From Candidatus Methanomethylophilaceae archaeon (GTDB taxonomy: Archaea; Thermoplasmatota; Thermoplasmata; Methanomassiliicoccales; Methanomethylophilaceae): 64,000 bases of DNA. This document shows positions 1-8,105 of the stretch, one piece after another. A model generated the notes under the pieces. It was not told the DNA's origin. It saw only the letters and a list, made by a program, of their open reading frames with translations, and did no database searches. The stretch lies in the NCBI GenBank assembly GCA_944320495.1, contig CALUHR010000013.1, forward strand, positions 128,001 to 192,000. Reading direction: 5' to 3'. Made by a program: the position numbers and the translations under genes. Each line of letters starts with the position of its first letter. Positions within the stretch are counted from its first letter, which is position 1.

Positions 1-1
1 A

Positions 2-271
2 GGGGAGATCACATCCAAGAGCGACATCTGGGCCGTGGGGGTCCTGCTCTGCCACTCGCTGTACATGAGGTATCCGTTCAGCGGAGCCGAGAGCGAGTAC
101 AAGAGCAACGTCATGAGGGGCGAGTTCGACAGGGGGGTCATCAGCCAGACGTACATCCCGCTGCTCGAGCGCGTGTTCTCCCTCGATCCCGAGGTCCGCC
201 CCACAGCCGCCGAGTTCGCAGAAGAGCTCAGAAACATCACAGGTTCCGGAAGAACGGAGGCAGACGAATGA
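2..271 (+). CDS. Ser/Thr protein kinase, C-terminal part (5' truncated by window)
   Basis: Frame from base 2 reads GEITSKSDIWAVGVLL...YPF...RPTAAE, matching kinase subdomains IX-XI; ends in an ATGA overlap with the next gene. Confidence 0.85.
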   Translation, partial: GEITSKSDIWAVGVLLCHSLYMRYPFSGAESEYKSNVMRGEFDRGVISQTYIPLLERVFSLDPEVRPTAAEFAEELRNITGSGRTEADE

Positions 272-1665
272 TACCGATTAGCGGAAGGACTGATGTCCTG
301 ATACAGTGGTTCTCCGACGAGTTCATCAAGAAGAACGAGAAGGTGTTCGAGAAGATCACCGTCGGACCCGGAGAGGTCCTGATCATCATCAAGGACGGCA
401 AACCCTCTGACACGTACCTCGAATCCTCGGTCAAACTGGCCGGGGACGGGTTCCTCGCCAAGTTCCGCGAGAAGCTGAAGGGCGTGAACAACCAGGTCCT
501 CATGGCCGACCTCAGGCCCTTCGCCGCCAGGATCGGCATCCACGGGTACACCAAGGACAGGACGGAGATCGAGGGCGCCATGAACCTCACCGTCCGCGTC
601 TCCAAGGAGAACATGGTCCGCCTGTCCAGCCTCTACACCAGGGACCTCCTCTCCGACGAGAAGTGGAAGGACATGCGCGGCAAGGTCAAGGAGGTGACCC
701 GCGAGGACATCGAGAACATCCTCCGCTACGACACCGAGCTGACCGTCGACTCGTCCGTACTGACCCAGACCCTCTCCTCCGACATCAGGGACCATCAGGA
801 CGTCTTCAACGCCCGCGTGAGGAACGCCATCGACTCGATGACCCCCGTCTGGGCGAACTGCGGCCTCGCGGTGGACGTCGTCAAGGTGGACATCGAGAAG
901 AACGCCTACGAGGACGCGATGCGCTACCACGACGAGCAGTCCAAGGCCCAGATGATCATGGACGCGGACTTCGAGACCGCCGCCCACGAACTGGGGCTCG
1001 AGATGGACTACGGCATCCTCTTCGTCAGGAAGGAGGCCGAGAAGAGGCTCGAGGAGGAGAAGGGGAAGTACGACGTCCAGAACTTCTAGTTCACCAAGGA
1101 GATGGAGGACGAGCTCGCCAAGACCGATCACGAGATCGAGCTGCGGCGCCGCGACATCATCTCCAAGCTGGAGTTCGCCAAGGTCCAGGCCGACATCGAC
1201 CACATCAACAGCGTCAGCGACGACGAGATCCGGCGCAGGAAGGCGGACACCGACGCGTACGTCGAGATGGCCCAGATCAAGAACGACGAGTACGTGAAGG
1301 ACCAGGACGTCCGCAGACAGATCGAGATCATGCAGGCCCAGAGGGACATAGAGATCCAGAACGCCTACGAGGACGGTAGGAAGAACGGCAAGCAGCTCGC
1401 CGAGGACGGCGCCTTCGACATGGGGTACAGCAGGGGATACGCCGACGGACTGAAGGAGGCCATGAGGAACGGCTCCGGACAGACCGTCGTAATGCCCGGA
1501 TACGGGATGCCCCCCGCCTACGGCTACCCTCCGGCCCCTCCGTACCAGGGAGGGTATGACGACCGCCGCCGGTACGACGACTACGACGACCGCAGGTACA
1601 GGGACGATGACAGGCGCTACGACGACGACCGCCGCCAGCCGAGGCGCGGGGACGACAGGGAGTGA
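268..1665 (+). CDS. SPFH/band-7-like protein with coiled-coil and low-complexity tail; one in-frame TAG at 1087-1089 (probable readthrough)
   Basis: ORFs 268-1089 and 1102-1665 share a frame: AAC TTC TAG TTC ACC AAG GAG ATG; N-terminal ITVGPGEVLIIIKDGK and later ANCGLAVDVVKVDIE resemble SPFH; charged helical pattern continues across the TAG. Confidence 0.7.
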
Positions 1666-1853
1666 GCAGCATGGACACGATAGTCATAGCCGCCGGAATC
1701 TGCGTGGTCGCGGCGATAGCCGTGATCGCCGCCGCCCTCTACCTCAGACGCCCCAAACAGGAGCCGGAGGACGAGGGCAGGAAGGTCACCGAGGACCATG
1801 TGATCGCAAAGATGGACACCATACTGAGGTATCAGAATGCCGACAGACCGTGA
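1662..1853 (+). CDS. Small single-pass membrane protein
   Basis: Hydrophobic stretch IVIAAGICVVAAIAVIAAALYL followed by RRPK; GTGA overlap with upstream stop. Confidence 0.65.
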   Translation: MSSMDTIVIAAGICVVAAIAVIAAALYLRRPKQEPEDEGRKVTEDHVIAKMDTILRYQNADRP

Positions 1854-2526
1854 GATCCGCGACACGCTCAGGGAGACAGACTCCTGCCTAGACAAGATCA
1901 TCTCCACGATGTACGAGCACCCCTCTTACTATGAGGGGGTCATCTCCACCATCCGCGAGGCGCGCAAGTTCGTCCGCGACAAACCCGCCAAGGCCCTCGA
2001 GCTCACCAAGACCGCCCTGGCGGACTGCGAGGCCGAGGCGGCCGTCGCCATGGAGTACCACAGGATCGTGGACGGCATAGCCCCCGACGACCCCGTCTTC
2101 AACGAGGACAAGGTCAAGTCCAGGATGGACGAGTACCGCACCGACCTGCGCAAAGGGGACGTCAAGGGCGCCGTCAAGGCCATCGAGCATCTGAGGAAGG
2201 CCATCGGCGGACGCGGCAGGCCGCCGGCGATCCAGGTGCGTCTCGAATCGGACAGGATCAGCCGCGAGGACAAGACGGCGAGGCTCATCATCTCCAACGT
2301 CGACACCGCCGACGTCATACTGAACTCGGTGTACGTGTCGGCCAACGTGTGGTCCGAGGATGTGCTGCTGACGGTTCCGGTCATCCGCGCGGGGAACTCC
2401 GCCGACGTACCGATCACCATAGGGTCGGAGGCCCTGGAGTCCCCGGTGATCCATGTCCACATAACGTACACGCGCGACCTGGTGCCGGTCAACCAGACCT
2501 ACTCCTTCAAGATCTTCGTGGAATGA
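1837..2526 (+). CDS. Hypothetical protein: helical N-terminal half, Ig/CARDB-like beta-rich C-terminal half
   Basis: 229-aa ORF with host-like GC3; alternating beta pattern (ARLIISN, ADVPITI, IHVHITY). Confidence 0.7.
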   Translation: MPTDREIRDTLRETDSCLDKIISTMYEHPSYYEGVISTIREARKFVRDKPAKALELTKTALADCEAEAAVAMEYHRIVDGIAPDDPVFNEDKVKSRMDEYRTDLRKGDVKGAVKAIEHLRKAIGGRGRPPAIQVRLESDRISREDKTARLIISNVDTADVILNSVYVSANVWSEDVLLTVPVIRAGNSADVPITIGSEALESPVIHVHITYTRDLVPVNQTYSFKIFVE

Positions 2527-2530
2527 GAAC

Positions 2531-3268
2531 ATGGGCTGCTGGAAATGCTCCTGCGGACACTACGTCGACACGGAATATCGGAAGTGCATATTCTGCAACC
2601 GTCCGAAGCCGGGAACGGTGAAGCAGGGGGACATCGAATACACGGTCACGTTCCTCTACATGCAGAGGAACAAACCGTGCCTCAACTCGCTGGTGGCCAA
2701 GGGCCCGGTCAACATATCGACCGGCGCCGACCACCAGCGCCTGAACGTGACGAACATCGTGTCGTCGGGGGCCGCCACGGAGTTCCTCTCCTTCGACTGG
2801 GAGAACTCCATCCCCCACGGCAACCCCCTCCAGATATGGCCGGTCGCCGAGGGGGGATTCGAGATCACCTGTCTCAGCCCATCGTTCACGGCCAACGGCA
2901 TGGAGATAGGATCGGGGAAGGTGCGCGTCGAATCCGGGTCGATCCTGATGCTCTCGTCGGCCATGGCGATCAAGGTGGAGGACTTCCGCGGGACCGCGTT
3001 CATCAAGGGGAGCCTCTCCCCCGTGGGAGCCAGGAACGGGAACCTGAAGGACTCGGACATGTACTTCCCGCCTGGATCGGACATCGGGTTCCTGAACGGG
3101 CTCAACTACCTCGCCCGCACCAGGTACGTCAACGGCGGGGCGGTGGAGTCCAAACCGAAGGACGAGACCGACTGGGGATACGTGAACAAGGCCATCCTGT
3201 CGATGTTCGGCATCAAGTTCAGGAACTACAGGGAGACGATAGCCGCCCTGGAGGAGGGTAGGACATGA
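2531..3268 (+). CDS. Zn-ribbon protein with possible degenerate FHA-like domain
   Basis: WKCSCG...CIFCNRPKP Zn ribbon; FEITCLSPSFTANGMEIGSGKVRVESGSILML resembles the C-terminal half of FHA (inference). Confidence 0.6.
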   Translation: MGCWKCSCGHYVDTEYRKCIFCNRPKPGTVKQGDIEYTVTFLYMQRNKPCLNSLVAKGPVNISTGADHQRLNVTNIVSSGAATEFLSFDWENSIPHGNPLQIWPVAEGGFEITCLSPSFTANGMEIGSGKVRVESGSILMLSSAMAIKVEDFRGTAFIKGSLSPVGARNGNLKDSDMYFPPGSDIGFLNGLNYLARTRYVNGGAVESKPKDETDWGYVNKAILSMFGIKFRNYRETIAALEEGRT

Positions 3269-3960
3269 TCGAGTTCTGTTCGCTGAAGGGAGTTCGTGAG
3301 TCGAACCAGGACGCACTGGCGGTCATAACCGCGGCCGGAGGCACCATGGACGTCAGGATGATCCATCATAACGGTCGCGACGACTACACCGACGGCACCG
3401 ACATGCCGGACGGCATGGAGATACTGCTCGTGGCTGACGGCATGGGCGGGCTCGAGAACGGGGATCAGGCCAGCTTCCTCACGCTGAACTTCTTCCTGGA
3501 GAGCCTCCAGTCCGAGTTCAGGGAGCGCATCGACATGACCGACGAGATTCGGAGGATCGTACAGAGGACCTCCGACGACGTCCGGGACAACTGCCCCGGT
3601 TCCGGATCCACCCTCGTGGGGATGCTCACCCACGGACGGATGTCCTGGATCTTCAGCGTCGGCGACAGCAAGTGCATAGCCAGGACGGGTGAGGGCGTCG
3701 TCCGCTCCGAGGACCACTCCCTGGGGGACGGCGGGATCATCACGGCCTACATCGGCATGGAGGGGGAGGTTCCCGTGAACATCGCCCCCGTGATCGACTG
3801 CGGCAACGCCATCCTGTTCTCAGACGGCCTCAACCCCGTGTTCGAGGAGAGGGGGACGGACATCGCCGATTCTAACGAGTCCGCCGAGTTCCTATGCAGG
3901 CTGGCCGTCCAGAAGGGGTCCACCGACAACGTCACCTGCATCATGCGCAGGGACATCTGA
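3265..3960 (+). CDS. PP2C-family protein Ser/Thr phosphatase
   Basis: Motifs NQDA, VADGMGG, GSTLV, SVGDSK, LFSDGL, STDNVT. Confidence 0.92.
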   Translation: MIEFCSLKGVRESNQDALAVITAAGGTMDVRMIHHNGRDDYTDGTDMPDGMEILLVADGMGGLENGDQASFLTLNFFLESLQSEFRERIDMTDEIRRIVQRTSDDVRDNCPGSGSTLVGMLTHGRMSWIFSVGDSKCIARTGEGVVRSEDHSLGDGGIITAYIGMEGEVPVNIAPVIDCGNAILFSDGLNPVFEERGTDIADSNESAEFLCRLAVQKGSTDNVTCIMRRDI

Positions 3961-3967
3961 ACCGAAC

Positions 3968-3991
3968 GGGGCCTCCGCATCGGACGGCCCC
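3968..3991. terminator. GC-rich hairpin between convergent genes
   Basis: GGGGCC-TCCG cat CGGA-c-GGCCCC inverted repeat. Confidence 0.4.
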
Positions 3992-4031
3992 GCCACACCC
4001 TTCCCGGATGACCGGACGCGTATCCCTCGGA

Positions 4032-5468
4032 TCATGCGTGTATGTCGTCCATCGGGACGAGCTCGATCCTCATCCCCGGATTGTCCTCCGCGAACTCCCT
4101 GAGCTCGTCGGTGAACCCGACCCTCGAGAACAGGATGTAGCGCTTGTTCTGGTATCCTCTCCTCGCCGACAGCCCGCGTTTGACCAGGTTCTCGTACTCC
4201 CTCATGCCGACCATACGATGGGTGAACCTGCACTCACACAGCACCAGGTCGACGTTGCGGTCGTTCTCGACCTCCGCCACGATATCTATGTCCGCGTCCT
4301 CCATGACGGGGCGCCCGTCCTCCCCGCGGACGACCTCCCCGTTCGAGACGACCGGGGACGACCCCCGCCATCTGCCGATCCACTTGCATCTCTCGGTATC
4401 CAGGACGTACTGCCTGCATACCTCCTCGAAGCGCCTTCCGAAGAACGCTGCCATCCTGTTGCCGAGCGTCCTGTAGACATCCCTACCATGCGAGAACCTG
4501 CCGTAAGGCTCACTGCGGATTGCCACATCGTAGTAGAAGTCGAGGAACCCGTCGGTCACCACGAACATGCGCTTCCTCGTCTTCCCGTAGCATATCTCCT
4601 CACGGATGACCCCGAGGAGCTCCAGGTTCTCTATCGCCGCCAGACAGGTCGTGCGGGAGAGTCCCGTCCTGTCCTCGATGCCGCTCGCATCGAAGGTCCC
4701 CTCGCGGATCGATGCCAGGATGCGGTCGTACGTCTCCTTCGGCTTCAGCTCCAGCGATACGAGACTGTCCGCCTCCGACCTCAGCAGGGCCGGTTCCTTC
4801 AGGAAGCCGTCCGTGATCGCCTGCTCCACGGACCTCCCCTTCATGTACTCGTGATACGCCGGGATGCCGGAACCGACGGCGAACATCCTCACCCTGTCCT
4901 CCTCGTCCAGCCCCTTGTGGAACGCACATGCCTGGGGATACGGCAGGGGATCGATCCTCATCTGCAGTATGAACCTCTTATAGAGCGGTGATTCCCCGTC
5001 GTTCAGATGCCTCCCCATAGCCATCATCGACGACCCGCACACCACGAGCATCAGACGGATATGCTTCATGTCATGGTCTATGAACCTCTGAAGCAGCGGC
5101 ACGGTGGACCCGTCCATGTCGGCCAGCAGTGGGAACTCGTCAAGCACCACCACGGTCTTCTCCCCCCTGTCGACGGACCCCACCTCCTTCAGGAATCCCA
5201 GGAGGTCCGGGACGCCCCACAGTCTCACCTCCCTCCCGACATGCTCGGTCGCCTGTGAGGAAAGGACGTCCCATGTCAGGTCTGGATCCTTGCCTGGAAC
5301 GGTCATGAACAGAGACGGCTTCCCATCACAGAACCTCTGGAGGAACGACGTCTTCCCCACGCGCCTCCTCCCGTAGACGGCACACGTCGTGGAACCTCCC
5401 TTCCTGTAGAGCCGATCCAGTTTCGAGAGCTCGTCATCTCTGCCTTTGAATACGTTATTGATTGTCAA
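4032..5468 (-). CDS. Archaeal ATPase (AAA + wHTH + DUF234/PD-(D/E)xK-like C-terminus)
   Basis: Walker A GRRRVGKT, Walker B VVVLDEFP, LVVCGSS, C-terminal DIDIVA...LCECR and YILFSRVGF. Confidence 0.9.
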   Translation of the reverse strand: MTINNVFKGRDDELSKLDRLYRKGGSTTCAVYGRRRVGKTSFLQRFCDGKPSLFMTVPGKDPDLTWDVLSSQATEHVGREVRLWGVPDLLGFLKEVGSVDRGEKTVVVLDEFPLLADMDGSTVPLLQRFIDHDMKHIRLMLVVCGSSMMAMGRHLNDGESPLYKRFILQMRIDPLPYPQACAFHKGLDEEDRVRMFAVGSGIPAYHEYMKGRSVEQAITDGFLKEPALLRSEADSLVSLELKPKETYDRILASIREGTFDASGIEDRTGLSRTTCLAAIENLELLGVIREEICYGKTRKRMFVVTDGFLDFYYDVAIRSEPYGRFSHGRDVYRTLGNRMAAFFGRRFEEVCRQYVLDTERCKWIGRWRGSSPVVSNGEVVRGEDGRPVMEDADIDIVAEVENDRNVDLVLCECRFTHRMVGMREYENLVKRGLSARRGYQNKRYILFSRVGFTDELREFAEDNPGMRIELVPMDDIHA

Positions 5469-5483
5469 TCATATTTTGTGTAT

Positions 5484-5540
5484 AAAATCTTAAATTTTTA
5501 TTTTAAGAAAATTTTTTCATAAACTTTTACTTTAAGATTT
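5484..5540. promoter_or_regulatory. AT-rich upstream region of the ATPase with repeated TCTTAAA/TTTAAGA boxes
   Basis: TCTTAAA 5488-5494, TTTAAGA 5502-5508; AAATCTTAAA 5485-5494 is the reverse complement of TTTAAGATTT 5531-5540. Confidence 0.5.
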
Positions 5541-5561
5541 ATGCAGACGCGAAGCGCCAGG

Positions 5562-6002
5562 TCGCTCTCCCTCGAGCACCTTCCTGGCCCTGGCGTACTT
5601 CTCCCTCCAGTGCAGGATCCTCTCCTCCGACACGTCCGGGCATCCCGAGAAGCGCGTCTCATCGGAATTGTGGTCCATGTCCGCCCTCTTCACGGCCCTG
5701 GCCACGGGGTTCTCCCTCACAGCCCTGACATAGTCGAGATAATCCACATCCCTCCCGTGCGTCAGCAGACGGACGGCGTCCACCACCTCCTTGGGAAACT
5801 CCCTCTCCAGGTCCTCGAACGTCACGTCCGTGTCCTCCACCACGTCGTGCAGCAGCGCCACGCATGTCGTGACCTCGTCGGTCATCTGCTCCGCCACGTG
5901 GAACGGATGGAACACGTACGGCACGCCCGTCTCGTCGAACTGTCCGTGGTGGGCCTCGTAGGCGATGCGCATGGCCTTCCTGGTGAGCGGCGTGTAGATC
6001 AT
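5562..6002 (-). CDS. HD-domain protein, (p)ppGpp hydrolase/Mesh1-like; ends at CGA 5562-5564 (standard-code end 5532)
   Basis: AHHGQ, PYVFHP, ALLHDVVEDT, VKRADMDHN motifs. Confidence 0.88.
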
Positions 6003-6041
6003 ATGACGGACATGGTGCGGATGGTATTTCCAGACAGCGCC

Positions 6042-6728
6042 TCATGCCTCCGCCAGCCTCTCCCTCGCCTCGGCGAAGGGATCGAACCTCACCAGCTCGA
6101 ACCCGACCCTGCGGTTCACCGCACCGATCTCGCCCCTGCACTCCCTCAGGTCCGCGCTGGACGCTCTGGACAGCATGCCGAAGAACCTAGCGTAGAAGAC
6201 GTCCAGCATGCCGCGGTACGTCACCAGCAGCCCCTCCAGGTCCGCCGAGCGGAGGTACCTCCGCTGGTCGGCGCTCCACATCTGGTCGGAACCGCACCTG
6301 CGGGTGAAGACCACCGCCCCTGTCCCCGGATCCACCTCCAAGGGCATCATGTCGACGTGCACCACGTAGTTCCTCAGATTGACCATCAGGGACGCCTCGA
6401 ATCCGAGGGACGACCTCTTGAGGTCCCGGAACTCCGCATCGACGCCGCAGCGCTTGGCGCTGACCGCCGCCAGGTTCTTGCAGGCGTACATCCTCGACAG
6501 GAAATCCGAGAGCGTCTGGCACAGTTCCATGGTGGACGATTCGAGGTCCCGGTAGCTGCTCCTCCCGGACCGTCCCGGTGACCTCATGGATGAGACGAGA
6601 CCGATGAGCTCCGACAGCTTGGAGTCCATCATGCCGTAGCACATGGACATCCTGCGGATGACCTCGTACGTTCTGAAGCTGCTCGATTCCCTGAGCCTCC
6701 TGAGTTCGACGGCGGGTTCCGAGGGCAT
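6042..6728 (-). CDS. Hypothetical helical protein with HEPN-like RxxxxH motif
   Basis: 228-aa ORF, host-like GC3, LRNYVVH motif. Confidence 0.6.
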   Translation of the reverse strand: MPSEPAVELRRLRESSSFRTYEVIRRMSMCYGMMDSKLSELIGLVSSMRSPGRSGRSSYRDLESSTMELCQTLSDFLSRMYACKNLAAVSAKRCGVDAEFRDLKRSSLGFEASLMVNLRNYVVHVDMMPLEVDPGTGAVVFTRRCGSDQMWSADQRRYLRSADLEGLLVTYRGMLDVFYARFFGMLSRASSADLRECRGEIGAVNRRVGFELVRFDPFAEARERLAEA

Positions 6729-6779
6729 GCGGATGAATCGCGGGCGGCCGTTATGAGCGTTGGCGACGTAGATTCCGTA
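6717..6779 (+). repeat. Left copy of 63-bp direct repeat flanking the island
   Basis: TTCCGAGGGCATGCGGATGAATCGCGGGCGGCCGTTATGAGCGTTGGCGACGTAGATTCCGTA; 59/63 identical to 21063-21125. Confidence 0.92.
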
Positions 6780-7003
6780 GGTCTAGTGGGATGACGTATG
6801 GTCGCCTGAAATCCCCGATCCTGCCCTCCAGCAGACTAGTTATCGTCAATGCACGGCCGAATTTGAGGTACATGAGGACACCGTCACAGCCCTATGGCGC
6901 CAGCTCAAGCTTGCCTGTATATTTTGATTATACCGACATGATGCCGCCATAACCTGGATACGGACCATGCCAGAATCATGAATCGTTAATGAAGTCCCTG
7001 CCA

Positions 7004-8104
7004 TCATGATAAACAGAGAGATAGGGTGAAAAACAGAACCAATGTGATCATGAACGACGCCGAGTTGCAGAGAACTATCTCAAAAACACTGCGATATTGG
7101 TATTCGGAGTACAGGAACTGCTTGAAAATCAAGGAGATCCTGCGCCGTTTAATGCATTGGACTGTACAACCTATATCCTCCACATAAGAAAGAAGAGCAA
7201 TAGTCAGTTCGCTTAAACCAGAGATTTTGCGGAAACGAACTAATGTCTCAAGGAGAACAGACAGAGTGAAATCCGATATCACAGCCAAGAATGCAATCAT
7301 GACGCAGAGTGGATCCGATGTCGCAAAAGACAGGATTGCACCTAACACCATCAATAGGATGTGTACGGGGACCTTGTTTATCCTGGGAATTGTTTTGTTC
7401 GGGTACTTTGATATGAGCTTGGCATCGGCCTTCCCGTAATTGTATAGTCTCCCAATCACGTCCCTCGGGTTGTCCCATGTTTTGTTTGAGTGGTATACTA
7501 TGGCATGACGGGCAGATGCTATGGTATATCCCGCCTCGTTCAACCTGACGCCTATATCGACGTCCTCCCCTCCCGGCTTATTCGGAAACGATTCATCGAA
7601 ACCTCCTATCTCCTCCAGGACCGCCTTTCTTATGGAAAAATTCGCAGTAGGGCCCCAAGGCACGGCGTCAACCTCGTTGGGGAGGGAAAATGCAATCATC
7701 CAGGGAGATCCACGAATTGTCCTGAAGAATCTGGTGTTCTCACCCTCCAATGTAATTGGCCCGCATGCGGCACCGATGTGACTCCCCTCGTATGAGGTCC
7801 AATGCGCCATTATCGCCCTTTTATCTAGAACACAGTCGGAGTCACAGTAGTATAGGAGCTCATACTTGGCATATTTCGCCGCAAGATTGCGCTTGATGGC
7901 CACCGACTCTCTTGCATAGTAATACCTGTACCCGAATTCCGAACACATCGATTCAATGATTCTAGCATCGTTCGTTTTGGAATTGTCTACGACAACGACC
8001 TCCCACGGCATGTCCTTGTCTGCGTCTAGTATGCTTTCGAACAATCTCCTGAGAAGAGCTATGCGACCGCAACAAACCACTAGGATGCTCACTCCATCCA
8101 TCAT
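7004..8104 (-). CDS. GT2 glycosyltransferase with C-terminal TM helices
   Basis: VVVVDNS, YCDSDC (DxD), GGFDE, GGEDVDIGVRL. Confidence 0.9.
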   Translation of the reverse strand: MMDGVSILVVCCGRIALLRRLFESILDADKDMPWEVVVVDNSKTNDARIIESMCSEFGYRYYYARESVAIKRNLAAKYAKYELLYYCDSDCVLDKRAIMAHWTSYEGSHIGAACGPITLEGENTRFFRTIRGSPWMIAFSLPNEVDAVPWGPTANFSIRKAVLEEIGGFDESFPNKPGGEDVDIGVRLNEAGYTIASARHAIVYHSNKTWDNPRDVIGRLYNYGKADAKLISKYPNKTIPRINKVPVHILLMVLGAILSFATSDPLCVMIAFLAVISDFTLSVLLETLVRFRKISGLSELTIALLSYVEDIGCTVQCIKRRRISLIFKQFLYSEYQYRSVFEIVLCNSASFMITLVLFFTLSLCLS

Positions 8105-8105
8105 A

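Noticed and set aside
1556-1660. GACGAC/CGCCG short repeats as a CRISPR array or VNTR
   Set aside because: They encode the Asp/Arg/Tyr protein tail; no repeat-spacer periodicity, and no CRISPR array was seen anywhere in the window
6787-6927. Plus-strand frame WDDVWSPEIP..LWRQLKLACIF at the left island edge
   Set aside because: No start codon, preceded by stops, no recognisable family
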